Origin: Adineta vaga | Lineage: Eukaryota; Animalia; Rotifera | Reading direction: 5' to 3' | Length of the DNA: 64,000 nt | Assembly (NCBI GenBank): GCA_021613535.1 | Contig: CP075492.1 | Span: 10,354,001-10,418,000 of the forward strand | Shown here: positions 1-13,544 of the stretch, piece after piece | Numbering within the stretch: position 1 is the stretch's first letter | How the letters are laid out: each line of letters opens with the position of its first letter | Program-made: the position numbers and the translations under genes | The notes under the pieces: generated by a model | What the model was told of the DNA's origin: nothing | Database searches by the model: none | The model's input: the letters and a program-made list of their open reading frames with translations, nothing else

Positions 1-1518
1 AGCTCGTTCTAAACGTTTTCTATGCAATTCTGTATGTAATTCTTTTGAAAGTTGTACAGATGGATTGTTTGAACGAAATAGAAGAAAATATTGACCATCA
101 TTCATCAATGTTGAATCCTTTATCAGAGCTTCATGCAACAGATATTCGACACTTTCTGGTAATGATGGACGAACACGTTTAAAATCCGGATCCATATCCC
201 AACTATCGGCTGCTGTTACTGTTCCTGTGAATGTTGTAAATCCAATATTAAATGTATTTCCTATACCAAATCGTTCACGTGCTAATTGTCCAATATTTAC
301 TTCTCTTGCACGTCGCGAATCTGTTTCTCGTGCATCACCAACATGAGAATTATGAGCCTATTTGAAAATACAAAGAGAAACAATTAGATTGTATTGTTAG
401 TGATCAGAAATCTTTTACCCAAATGACAGCTTTCGTTTCAGGTCCATTATGTTTCAATAAATCTTGTAAACAATCTATCATATGAGTATCTCGTATATTC
501 CATGTAATTTCTCCACCTTCAAACATATGTCGATAATATTTTTCTGCTTCACGAACAATCTTTGCATTTTCCATTGCATAGAAACTTTCTTCCATTTCTG
601 TTTCACTACTTTTACTGTCAGCCATACGTTTTGCATGACTTTCTAGCATTTTCTTTAACACTTCAATTGCCTCTTTTTCACAACTACAAGAAAGTTTCGT
701 TGCAGCACAATAGCCATATTCTTGTTCGTCGGAATATCTCTCGAAACAACCATAACTTCTACGTGCTTGTTCAACAAGGTCTAAAAACGAACATAAAATT
801 CATGATAAAAACAAATCGTGATATAAAACATTGAACAAACCAGGTTCATTTTTTTCGAGATATTTCAATACTTCTGCACGCGAAGATTCTAAACTGTACA
901 GATCAATACCAAAGAAACCAACTTTCATCTTATTATCATTTTGGTTTTCATTATATTTTCGAAGCCAAGTGATAAAATCAAGGATAACTGTATTTCGCCT
1001 AAATGTAATCTTAATTATCGATTGAAATAAGAAGAGAATAAGGAATACAAACCACATCCATACTGGAAATCGTCTAAATTCTTTTAATGCATCCTCGGCA
1101 TCTTTAATTTTCGATGATGAAGCTAGTTGTTTTATCCAACGATTCACACGATATGCCGGTGGCCAATCAGCTTCACAAGCGATAACTGTAAAACCCTATT
1201 TAGAAGATATTAAAAATTAGATTCATTTTGAGAAAATGAGAGTTTATCTTATACTTTTTCTTGTATCAATCGTTTCGTAATCTCAGCTCTATGTAAATAA
1301 AATTCATGTGATCCTTAAAACAGACAAAATATTCACTTTTAGCATGATAAATATTTTGAAAACGTACCATGTGAAGCTTCACCGATCATTACTACTTTCG
1401 CATTACCAATTGCTGATAAAATTTGATCATAATCTGCTGATGTATTATTACGTAAACGTTGTGCATATTGTTGAATCAATTGTAAAGCTTTCGGATTTGT
1501 TTTCGATACTCCTGCCAT
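1..1518 (-). CDS. Erythromycin esterase (Ere/Bcr136-like) family protein, 3' end runs off the window, at least 5 introns
   Basis: Spliced translation MAGVSKTNPK...VVMIGEASHG|SHEFYLHRAEITKRLIQEK|GFTVIACEADWPPAYRVNRWI...FRRFPVWMW|RNTVILDF...GFFGIDLYSL...TWNIRDTHM...KAVIW|AHNSHVGDAR...NIGQLARE matches Ere-family motifs (GEAxHG, EAD, WAHNxH). GT-AG introns at about 1314-1367, 1196-1253, 998-1053, 781-840 and 358-418. Confidence 0.9.
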
Positions 1519-2526
1519 CGATGCTTTGTGAATAAATGAAAATGATATAGAGCCACTAACTAAAGTAAGTTAAATAATACCCTTGTTGAACCGTCGCTAC
1601 TTTCAATAAAATATATTCATCCATCGAACTTAGCGCTACGATACGATTGGATCTTCTAACTGTTCCCTTTTTACGACGAACAAACGTTCTCGTTCGTATA
1701 TTGTTTATTTATACTTATTTGTTTTTTTCTTATCGTGTCATTTCAAGAGATGAAAAGCTTGATTGATTTTTTTCTCGCTTCATCCTTGAGATTTTTCTCC
1801 TAAGGGTTTCATTTTATTTGGAAACGGTTATTTTTAATTAAATTATAGTATACACGTATACAACAGGTCATTCGATTAACTAAATGAATGAGAAAAAGAA
1901 AACATAAATAGATCAATAGACAGCAATAATCATCATAAACATCTGTTAGTCGTCGCACGAGATTGATCCCCTGCTGTGTCTGTCTACTATTGGAGACGAA
2001 CGTTTTTATATAATGAAGGTCAACAAGACTCAACCCCTCGGGTATGAATCAATGTTTAATTGAAGTCCGATTCGTTTTTTTTTATGTCAAGCGTGTCCAA
2101 GAGTGTTACGCATATTAGTTATTCGTTTATTCAATACGTATATATTACGCCTATGTGAACAGAATGAACGTTATTAAATCGACAGATGGAGGCAATCATG
2201 TCGTAATGTAATAATTGTTCTACAATACATACGTGTGATTAACTTGATTAATCAGTGGAGTTGCTCAACAGAGAAAGAAAAGATCAATTTCATTCTCTTG
2301 TTTATGTATGAAATTTGTTCAAGTGTTCTTCTTCTCTTTTCCTCTCTCTCTCACTGTTTTCTTTCTCAATATTTTAGATGCGACGACGTCGACGAACTTC
2401 ATTACTATTTCTCTTCACCTTCGCATTCACTTAGCCACCGACATTCAATTGTTCACTTGTTTTCTATTCCGGTGGTGTGTGCGTGTGTTCGTTATTTATT
2501 CGTTCTTTTTTACAACCTCCACTTTT

Positions 2527-5500
2527 ATGTCCCATGCGACGACGCCAACCAAAGGCCCGTCAACTGTCGATTGTGAAGTCTTGACGGGTAAGTTTATTTC
2601 ATTATCATTAACTTCTTTACTGAAATAAAGTTAGTATAATCAAGGTTATACATAGATATGACAAAAGTCATATATTCTTAATCTCTTTCTCAGAAGAACA
2701 CTAAAAGTCTTTGCTCTTCTTCTTATTCTCTTAGTTTTATGACGTTTTGCGTAATCATTTAATGCACGTTGTGTCAATATCTATTACACATAACAGAAGA
2801 CAAGGTTGATACGCCTTTTCTGCAATGTTCATTTACAGGGAATCAGAAAGAAAAATGTTCTATGATCAAATCTCGATTGCTTGTCCCAGTTTCATTGAGA
2901 AGAATTATGATCATCTTGAAAATTTATCAATAGTTTTTTACTGATATTAACGGGATACTTGACTTCTCTTTTATGTCTCATTTTTTTTTCTTTGGTTACT
3001 TGATGAATATTCATATGTATGATTTTTTAATCAATGAACTTGATATTTAGACATTCATACACAAGCAAATTTGGCCGAAGTTGAAGTAGTCAGCTTAGTA
3101 CAAGAATTAATCCCACGTTATCGTCTACGTGCTGAAACTGATTTCGCTTGTTCAAACGAAGATTTCATACAAACACCACGTATTGACGGATCTGAATTTG
3201 AAGCTTTAACTAACATACAAATTCGTGCTCTTCTTGATTATTACGGTAACTAATTATATTCTTTCTGCTTGAATGATATACATACACTAACGAAGATAAT
3301 TTTTTCTCTTCCGTATCGTATAAACAACCATCATCCTACTCTCATCGACTGATTCATTTTTCTTTTCTAAACATGACGTCAGATTGATAAACATGTTTTT
3401 TTCTTAATCATAGATAGATAAAAATCAGTAAATAAGTAAAGTTTGAACGATGAAACTCAAGAATTGATTAGACAGTTGTCATTGATTTTGAGTACATTGA
3501 TTTCTTCTATCAGATTAATAATAATAATTATGTTTGCATGGTCATCGGTGATGGTATCTGATATACACAATATACCATACTATTGAGTGTCTCATGAATT
3601 AATTATTTTCCCAGACTACTAGACAATCAATCGATCTTTCTTAGTATAAAGAATCAAACATGATGTAACAATCATTATCGAGAAGAGAAAGTGTTGATCG
3701 AAGAGAATTCTATTTGTAAACAGTAAGTCTATTTACATTATCATCTAATAATATCATATTTCATCTGAAAACAAATAACAATTTTTGATGAGAGATCAAT
3801 TTCTTTGTTTATGTTTGAAAATAACTCAGATAACTTAATAGAAAATCTTCTTTGTAAATTTTAGCCTCATCAAACGATCGAATTAGTCAAATGACCAAAA
3901 CATACCATGATATAAGTGCTGTTACTCGCATGTTAGAAGAACGCGAGAATGATCTACAGATGGCCGTTATATTAGGTCATACATTATTAGAAAGTAATGA
4001 TTCACTTCGTAATCAAGTGACATTATTAGAACAAGATATTGTACAAACAACTGAAATTGTTAAACAACTTAAACATGACTTAGTTCTAAAAGAACGTGTC
4101 ATTCGATTTTATACTGACATGGAAGAAAGTGAGTTGGAAGCAGCAGAAGCCAGGTAAGTTCAATAGGAAAACACAGAAAATTTTATTATTCGATCACAAA
4201 ACCGATTTTCTTCTTCTAGTCATCCGGATGTTCGACAGTATGAACAAAAGATTCGGAATCTTGAAGAAGAAAATGAAGACTTACGTGCTGAAGTAGGAAC
4301 AATCTAATTCATCTTGGAATATGTAAAAGAGTTGTTTTTTAGACTTTACAATTGAAAATTGATTCAGAAAATTACGAACATCAAGAACAATCGATTGTTG
4401 ACAATTTTGTTAATACAATAGGTAAATAAAAATTCTGGAATATAGAAGAGAAATTTAACTGTTATTTTATTGAATAGCCAATGCAAATGCTGAAGTCGAT
4501 AATTTACAGCAAGAATTAATCAAAAAAACAAATGAAAATGTTCAACAGCAAGATGAAATTCTTCGTCTTTCTTATGAAGTAAAATTTTCTTGTTGATTCG
4601 ATTGGAAAACAAAATGATTTGTTTTTAGATGCGAGAAATTCGTCGAAGATTAGCAGAATTAAAGAAAGAAAATGAAGAATTAAGAAATCTTCTAGCCATC
4701 AGTGGAAGAAATCGACAAGATTATGAATCAAAAGTAAATATCTGTTTTATATACGAATGAAAAGATCTAAAAATATGCCTCTTTTCTTGCTTCTAGATTG
4801 AACACCTAGAAAGAAATTACAGTGAATGTTTAGAAAAACTTCATCAATCTCAAACTGAAGTGAATTCTTTACAACAGAAATTATTTCAAACATCTCCATC
4901 ATCATCCATGACTGATTTATCGACACATCGTCAGACAGTTTTCTTATCTCCTATTGAATATGCAAATTTTATGGGAATAGAAAATTCTCTCAAATCAGAA
5001 CTTGAAGAAGTTCTTGAAGATCCAAATCAACTTTGTACAACAACAATGACAGGTGATGAACAACTCACCTCAATCAAAAAATATTATCAAACAAGATCAA
5101 AACGCGATCAAAGTGATACTGATGGAGAATCAACAATGAATGATTCAGCATTTAGTGATACTGAAAGTTTAAGCAGGTAAGATATCTGCACGTTTGTGTG
5201 TAAGCAAAAATCATCTACTCTGTTTTATTTCTGTAAACATCAATATTCTCTATTGAATTATTTCGAAAAACTAAATGAGAGAATCATAGAAATAAAACAA
5301 ACTTGATGTTTTTCAAACGCTTTTGTTTATACTTATTACCTGCTTAGTGCTTCGTCTTGTCCTTATTGCCATCGATGTTCACCTCTACCTGCTTTCGATC
5401 CTAAGTATGCTTCTTATAAATTCGCTTCTATAGCAATTCTCTTCCTACTCATTTGAATCAATAGATCTTCTTCTACGTATCAATTCGAACGTCGAATGCC

Positions 5501-6374
5501 AACTGGAATATCATCACGATTAAAACTTGTCAAACGTTTAGAAGGTTAGTTTCAAAGACTAAATTTTCATTTGAGGTAAATCATGAATTCCTTGATTTTA
5601 GGATCAAATATGTTAAAACGTTGGCAAGAATTAGCTGAACCTAGTCTTTCATCATGTCTTCAAAATATACCCGGTGTTTACACACGTGCTGAAATTTTAC
5701 ATGAAGTGAAAGAAGAAGAAGATGATGATGATGAATATATATCAACACCACGTAATGAATTAAATTTATTATCAAGTATTTCGACGCCAATTCCATTCTC
5801 ACTGTAAGTAGCATTACTTTTTCAATTCTATTCAATTCATAACATGGAAATAATATATTTCTTTTGTAGACCAACATCAACGATAAAAGATCGAATGAGT
5901 CTTGTTGAATTACTAACACAACAAGGTTTAACCGCTCGAACATTGGATTTAATTGCACCTGATCCAGATGATAATGATGATCCCAGTACTCCACCATCGT
6001 CGCCAACACATGGTGCTCAAATTCAAACGAATGCTCTTCTTCATCAAGTTATGCAACGTCTTGTTGGAATGTCGTTACGTACATTTGAAACAATTGCAAC
6101 ATCCATAGCAGATCTTCCAGTAGATGAAGATGATCACGATGAAGAACAAAGATTTGAAGAACGATTACAAAAAACAACGACAGTTACTCCTCCGTCGTCA
6201 CCAAAATTCGAAGGATTGGCTGCACCTACTCCCAATACAGCTATGCGTGCAATCAAATCTAGTACATTTTTACGTGTTTCATCACTAAATCCATTTACTA
6301 AAGCAATTGCCACACGTTCACCTGGCGAAGTGCCATCGATTGTCTCCGATTTTCTTCGTGCTTATCGTCCATAA
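2527..6374 (+). CDS. TRAK: Trafficking kinesin-binding protein (Milton/TRAK/HAP1 family), multi-exon
   Basis: HAP1_N-type segments LAEVEVVSLVQELIPRYRLRA and MTKTYHDISAVTRMLEERENDLQMAVILG, coiled-coil exons, and a Milton-type LKLVKRLEGSNMLKRWQELAEPSL segment. Confidence 0.88.
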
Positions 6375-6790
6375 CTATCCTCAATGAGAAAACGTTTTTT
6401 TTTCTCATCTACATTAATTAGGACTTCTTTCTTTTTGTATCTCTGTGTGTATATCTATATTTTTCAAGATGCTATGTATTTATTCGACTTATGATCTGAT
6501 TTTTTTTCCTTCTCTAACTCTTTCTTTTCATTGATAGCTAGAGCATACCTGTGTATTTTGTACTGTGGGTTTTCTGAACCTTTCTTTCATTCAAAGTCAC
6601 GGTTTTCTTTGTCTTTTGATTTCTAAGTTTTTTTTTTACAAAAAACAATTTCATTTGTGTACGCTTTGTGTGTGCGTGCCGTTACTTTTCTTTCGTTGTT
6701 CTTTTGATAAATAGAGTTATAAAGTGGAAGAGAAAAACAGAGAAAGAGAGAGAGAGAGATTATACAAAGAAAATATCTATTTTAATTTAG

Positions 6791-7323
6791 ATGTCTAAAA
6801 CGACTAAACGACAGAGAAAATTGGAGGATCTTTTTGGCAGTAGTTCGACAAAAAAGAAAAAAGAAAATAATGATAACGCAATCATCATCGATAAACAGAC
6901 TATTGTAAATACTACAAGTAAGTTTTTTCGTCGAATGAGAATAATAAAATTGATGACATAAATATAAATTTCTTATAGAACCGACTTCAACTGTACAAAA
7001 GATTTCAGATGACGATTTAGAATTCTTACGACAATTTGATCTCGATATGAAATTTGGACCTTGTACTGGTAGATCTGCGTTCGAGAATTTCTCCGGAAAA
7101 GGAAATCTTATTTTATATTTCTATTCTAGGCATTCCACGTATTGATCGTTACGAACGAGCTTTACGTCATGAACTAGATCCTCCACTTCGTGTTTTAGAT
7201 CTCATTAATCTTTATCCAAATGATCGACAAGTAACTCATTGGTAAATAAAAACAATTTGTTTAGTTTTTTTTCTACAAATATCTTTTCTTTTTTTTAGTA
7301 TTTGGCGTGACTATACTTTATAA
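6791..7323 (+). CDS. POLD4: DNA polymerase delta subunit 4 (p12), 4 exons
   Basis: Spliced MSKTTKRQRKLEDLF...DLEFLRQFDLDMKFGPCTGIPRIDRYERALRHELDPP...IWRDYTL*. FDL..FGPCTGI.R..R.ERA is the POLD4 signature, with an N-terminal PIP-like QRKLEDLF. Confidence 0.9.
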
Positions 7324-7443
7324 CGCAATGTTTTGAAACGAGAATTTTTTTGTATATTTTTATTGTTGTAATAATTCAATATTTTTCAAATCGTTTTTAT
7401 TCAATAATTCCGAATAAAATAAATATTTCAGATCATTTCTTCA

Positions 7444-8630
7444 ATGTCTTCTTTTCCATGGCATCGTCTTCTTTTCTTTTCTCGTCATAGAAATCAGGTA
7501 CAAATCTAATACTGAATGAGCAGTTTTATCCTCTAGTTTATTTTAGCTATGGCGTTTTGCTACATTATTTTATAAAAATTCGACATCTTTTCGTGCAATT
7601 TCTTATCGAGCACCAGTTTCGACTTTAACGGCAGCATTACCATTTTGGTTAGTGGTTCGAGCAGCAGCTCAAGTTGAAGATGCTAATGAATCGAATCGAC
7701 CAAAAGGTTCTTATTGAATTTGAACTTATCTACGAAATGATGATTTCTTTGATTAGATCTTGGAACTATTGTCACACAATTGGATATAATGTTTGATAAG
7801 GAAGAATATCAGAAAGCATATGAATACATTGAACAAAATAAAGCCAATGAATTATTTCAAAGTCATTATATACGATGGCGAATAGCAAGGTACATGTGTG
7901 TGTGTGTGATTGTTTCATTTTTGGAGAAAAAGCAATAACAAACGATGCTTCTTTGTTTAGAATTTTTTACAAACTTTCATTAGTAACAAAAGATAAACAA
8001 TTGAAAAAGAAATTAGTTGAAGAAGGTTATGAACAAGTAAAATTAGCTCTCGTTTCAGGAAATCATATTTATTCAGTTCATAAATGGTATGGAATTTTAC
8101 TCAATGAAAAATGTCAATACATCAGTACAGATGAACAAATTCGTAGTGCTTATGAAGTTCTTGATCATTTCGAAGAAGCAGTACGATTAAATCCACAAGA
8201 TCCAACGTGTTATTATTTATTAGGATCATGGTTAGTCTATTGATTTTATATTCTTTGATCTGTATTGTCTCGAATATGTCGTTTTATTAGGTATTGGGAA
8301 GTTTCGAAATTATCCGGTTGGAAACGACGAATAGCAAAAATGATCTATGGTGAATTACCACAAGCAACCATTCATGATGCTTTAAAGAAATTTCTCTTAG
8401 CTGAAGAGATTTCTCCAGGATTTTATAGTAAAAATTTATTAATGCTCATTAAGTGCTATACTGAATTAAATTCTCGTCCAGCAGCAATGGAATTTGCAAA
8501 AATATTATTAAATCGTGAAAGAAAAACTCAAGAAGATGAAGAAGTTCATCAAGAATTACTTAAACTTATTCCTAAAATTGAACGTCTTTTACCATTTCCA
8601 ACACAAGCAAGTTTCAGTAAACATGTTTGA
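7444..8630 (+). CDS. RMDN1: Regulator of microtubule dynamics protein (RMDN/FAM82), TPR-like, with a mitochondrial-type N-terminus
   Basis: HKWYGILL, HFEEAVRLNPQDPTCYYLLGSW|YWEVSKLSGWKRRIAKMIYGELPQAT..DALKKFLLAEEISPGFYSKNLLML are RMDN motifs. Confidence 0.88.
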
Positions 8631-8789
8631 CATTTGCAACCATTGTTACCAAGTAACATCCTCTTTTTCTTTCTAACTACTAACGACATCTGAATAAATA
8701 TACTATTGATTACTTCAATTTCTGACTGTTGATCACGATGAAAGGCAACGCATACGGTTGCTAACTAACGAAATCTCATTTGTTTCTAG

Positions 8790-10766
8790 ATGTTAAGAAG
8801 TCTTTCTTGTCGGCAGACTAGTCGCTATGTCCTTATTAAGTCTTCTCGAGTGACTTTATCAACATTACCTTATCCAAAATCGAGTGAAACTCAAGCAGCA
8901 TCTGATGGCACTCCTATTAATTATCCAACAGGACAAACTCCGTCGAAACATGAAAACATACAAACCATCTCTGCAAATGATCTACTAGCAGCAAAACAAT
9001 CACATAAAATATCAAATGAAATAGAAAAAGATAAAATGATTGCCGGTCATTCATTATCATCGATATCGCCAACGAATATTCGAGTTTCTCAAGACAATAA
9101 AATTTCGAGTACACTCGTCTTACCTGGTGAACCTGTACGTGCCACAATTCCACCGTTAGCTACTGAACAACGACAAGAACATCAACTACAGTTAATGAAA
9201 CAGATGAACGAATGCCATCATCACGTTTTTCAGCATTTTTACGAAGTATTCGATCTGGTTTACCATTTTTTTCATCGAAGAAAAATCAAGCATCACCAAT
9301 GAATATTATGACAACTCGAGAACATTTTATTCCAGTAAGAACTCCTAACATTAGCTAATAAAACTTCTATTCACTATTTCTAGTTAACACGTCCATCATT
9401 AATTCGATTATTAGCTACAGATTATCAAATATTCGATGACAATGAAGATCGTCTTCTATTTCATGAATTATGTGAAGGTTTTGATGGTGCTGTTGTTCAA
9501 CGTTATCATCCGATATTAAATGAATTGAAAAATCTATTCAATCCATTAAATCCTGATCAGGATAGTATTGATCAACGTCAATTATCCAATCGTGATCGTT
9601 TAGATAATGAATATTGGTTATTACAAAAAGTTGATGATTTACTTCATCGATCGAATTTTACTGAATTACCTCGAAATATTCTTGTGGAAAAATTCATTAT
9701 ACAACGCAATTCAAAATCTTCAGATGTTAATATTAAAATCAATGGTTACGATTATGATGTTTTAAAATTTTGGATACTTGGTCGTGAACAAATACCAAAC
9801 ATTGAACTTTCACGATGGAAACGATTATTTCGAAAATCGAATTCAGTCGTATTAGATGATTATTTTAAACGTGTTATTCTTGCTGTGCGACTTAAAGGAC
9901 AAGATCGTTTGTATTTAAAAGCTTTTCGAGATATTCCATTACAACATCTACCACAATTATTACCCGTGGGAAAATTACAAAATGGTCAACATGAACAACG
10001 ATTAATTTGGTTAACGTGTTTTGTTGCAACAAGTACAGCTGTAACACATCTTATTACAACAATGGCAAATTTTCATCTACCAGGTTTAGTTATTGGTGGA
10101 AGTAGTCTAACATTATTACTTACATTATGGTCAATAAGAAGTGCCTATCGGTCGAAAATCAATTATCTAGCAGATATGAATCGAATTTTATTTTATAAAA
10201 ATATCGCATCGAATAAACAATTGCTAGCAATGATTATCGATCGAGCTGAAGATGAATTAAGTAAAGAAGTGTACGTAGATATTCTCGACCGTTGTTTGAA
10301 GTAATTGAATAAAACTCGATTTTTGTTTTTTGTTTAGATTACTTGTTTATATGATTATTTTATCGCGACAACGACATAATTCTGATTTGACTAAGAAAGT
10401 CCTTGAATTAGAAGTCGAAAATTGGATTCGTTTAAAAACGAATGCAAATATCAATTTCAACGGTGATCAAGCATTGGAATTTCTTCGTAAATTAGGTATA
10501 TCTTATTCTCATGAAACGATGTTCGATTATCAAACAAATCTTTTCATTTAGGTATTCTTTTACCCGAAGATCCAGCTCGACCTAATCGTTTACAAGTAAT
10601 CCCATTTAAACAAGTCGTTGGTATTCTTCCAAAGATTTCTCGAGCATTGAGTGAAAAAAATGAAGAATGGGATTTAATTGAAGGTTATGATAAAAAATAC
10701 TTTGAAGTCGATTGGAAAACTGTTCTAAATGAAGATAATCTTCTTAAAAAAGATGGATGGCATTAA
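8790..10766 (+). CDS. TMEM143: Transmembrane protein 143 (DUF3754), apparent 1-nt frameshift near 9166
   Basis: REHFIP, LKNLFNPLNPDQD, YFKRVILAVR, LYLKAFRDIPLQHLPQLLP, two TM helices, LFYKNIASNKQLL...RAEDELSKE. Exon 1 changes frame near 9166. Confidence 0.85.
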
Positions 10767-11139
10767 TTTTTTTCGATGGTATATGGAAAAGCTAAGGATA
10801 GATTAGTATGCAATCGTTTTCCTCAGCCATCATAGTGTTCTTTTTTCTATATTTTTCTTTCATCTAACATTTATTTAACTATATTTGTGTGCGTGTATGT
10901 ATAGAAAACTTTGCTGTTGCAACAGCAATATATCTTTTTATGATTATTCAAGACAAAAAAATGAAGGAAAAGATAGTCATCATTTTTTCTATTTCTAGAT
11001 TGTAAAAGACTATCAATCAAGAATAGACATGATTGATAGTGAGACACCTGGAGCAGAGAAGAGTACCTTAGGATCGGCAAAACCAGGTAATAATATATAT
11101 ATATATATATATATTAAAAGATAGTTTCAGTATGTAACT

Positions 11140-13377
11140 ATGCCTATATTCGAAGGTCTTGGTTCTCGTGCGACATCAAGAGTAACGTTTCATGACGGAG
11201 ATGGTAAACAACATGGACGCTCATCGGGTCATCCAACTGAAGGTGGTGAACGTGGTGTTACTAGTGCGGCAGGATCATTACATTCTCAATATGCTCATCA
11301 ACAAAGTCTTGAGTTAAAAAAGAAAGAAGAAATAAATCCATTCAAATTCTCACCTGATGTGGATTTCTGTGCATTGAGTCAACTTGATAAACGTGAAAAA
11401 GCTCAAGTATGTCGAAAGAAGCTTCACTTGTTTTTCGTATGTAGAATATTATTCATTTGAATTCAAAGGAACGAGAACGTATGCAAAATTTGAAAGTTCA
11501 TGAAAAATTATCAAAAGCTCAACAGTTAATGAAAGGAAGACGTTTTCGTGTTTTGAAAGAAATCGATAAAGAAATTGAAGAAGAAGTAAGCTCTTTTAGC
11601 CTTGAAAAAATAATAAATATATTATGCATACATTTTCTTCTGTAGCGAATTCAAAATAAAGAAACACGTGTTCCATCAACACGTGATAATAAATCATGGT
11701 TAGTTGCAATTACTCGTAATCGTCGAGTAGAAAATGAAAGTTTACAAGATTTTATTGGAAAAAAACGTAGCATGTTTGTTTTACAAGTAAATTAGATTTA
11801 TCTTTCATTATAAGATCATCATTTTTATTCTATTTTTTTCTAGTATGAATTATCTGTTAAACGTACTGAAATGCGTAAACTTGAAGAAATAACTGCTGCA
11901 GAAGAACAACGTATTGAAAAGGCTGAAAAAGATCTTGAAGAAGATGCTGTATGATTTTTTTTCATTTCTGATTAATTGCAAACATTCAATTCATGTTGTT
12001 TTTATTAGCATATGTTCGATCAATTTCTTGTTGCAAATAATAAGAATGCAAATGAAGCTGCTCGTTTGTAAGAAAATGTCTACGTTTATTTCTAAAACAT
12101 TAATATTCATTTTATTTTTCGTTTATATAGAGCTGATGAAGAAGCGAAGAAAAAGTTAGAAAAAGTATCAGAAATCAAACGTTTACATACACAAATCACA
12201 CAATTGAAAAGTGAACTTGGTCGTCGAGAAGATGAATTAAAAGAATTAAAAGAATACAAACAATTTCTCGATCAAATAACACCATCGGTAATGTTAACTA
12301 TCTACTATGGAAGTATATATTCACTTTTATCTTAGGAATGGAAAGAGGAACGTCGTCAAAAATTACGACAAGAACGTGCTGTAAATCAAAAAGTTGAAAC
12401 ACGTTCGACAGTTTCTGATGATCAATCAAGTAAATCTGGTAGTCGACCACATAGTCGTGTTACTGATACTCGAAGTGTTAAACGTGGAATTAGTGGTACA
12501 GCGAATAAAACGTCCGGTACTCAACGACGTACATCCAATATGACACATGATAATGATTCAACAGCAGTTAAACCAAGCAATGAAGTAGACATTAATGATT
12601 TAGATAATGATTTTGAATTATACTTTACTGATCCACAACAATTATTAGAGATTTTCACTGAACTAGAAGAACAAAATTTATCTTTAATTCAAAATAGTCA
12701 AGATCATGAAGAGCAATTAGAAGAGATTACTCGAGATTTACAAAGAACGATGAAAGACAAGAATGCAGAAACCGAAAATTTACAACGACAAGTTACTGAA
12801 TTAGAATATGCGATTAGAGCTGAAGAACATAAAGAAAAAGAATTAACCACGAAAGTCGGGTATGAAAAAGATCATCACATTTCTATGTCGAATTTAATCG
12901 AGATTTTTTTTCTATTCTTATTATTATTTTAGAGCTCATTCATTAGTTAATACTGAGAGTAAACAGGAGGAATATCTCAATCAATTATCGGGTATTATTG
13001 GTGATGTTTATAAGAAGATTTTCAATGAAAATCCTGTTACTAGTGATCCGTTAAAAAATTTAGCATCGATTGAAAATCGTTTGGAAGAATTGTTTCAAGA
13101 AATTGATCTTCTCAATCCTGATCGTTTACAAGAAGCTGAAAAGGCGAAAGAAAAAGAACGACGTATTCGTTTACGTGAACAGAAGAAACTTGAAGAAGAA
13201 CGAATTAATGAAGAGAAGAAACGTAAAGCAGCTTTACGTGCAAAAGAACCACCAAAGAAACATCTTGGCCGACCAATAGCCGAACGTTCACGACCACCCG
13301 ATGTGAAAAAGATCGATCAAGATACGATCAACAAAACGAACGAAGAAGAAGAGGAACTTGCTTATTATTTTACTTGA
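11140..13377 (+). CDS. CFAP100: Cilia- and flagella-associated protein 100 (CCDC37/DUF4200 family)
   Basis: DFIGKKRSMFVLQ|YELSVKRTEMRKLEE, LYFTDPQQLLEIFTELEEQNLSLIQNSQ and C-terminal KKHLGRPIAERSRPP...EEEELAYYFT. Confidence 0.88.
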
Positions 13378-13544
13378 ATATATACATAGATATCTCATTT
13401 CTGTCATGTGTGTCTTTTATGCCGTCCAATTACTTTCTTTTTTTCTATTCATTGGAATGAATTTTGAAAAATATTTCTTTATTTTAAAATAATAACTAAA
13501 AATGTCGTTTTTCTTTTTGAAAATTTTTAATAAAAGAAATGAGT

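Noticed and set aside
10776-10832. Imperfect hairpin (GATGG...GGAAAA...TTTTCC...CCATC) after the TMEM143 stop
   Set aside because: Pairing is short and interrupted, with no SECIS, miRNA or snoRNA hallmarks.
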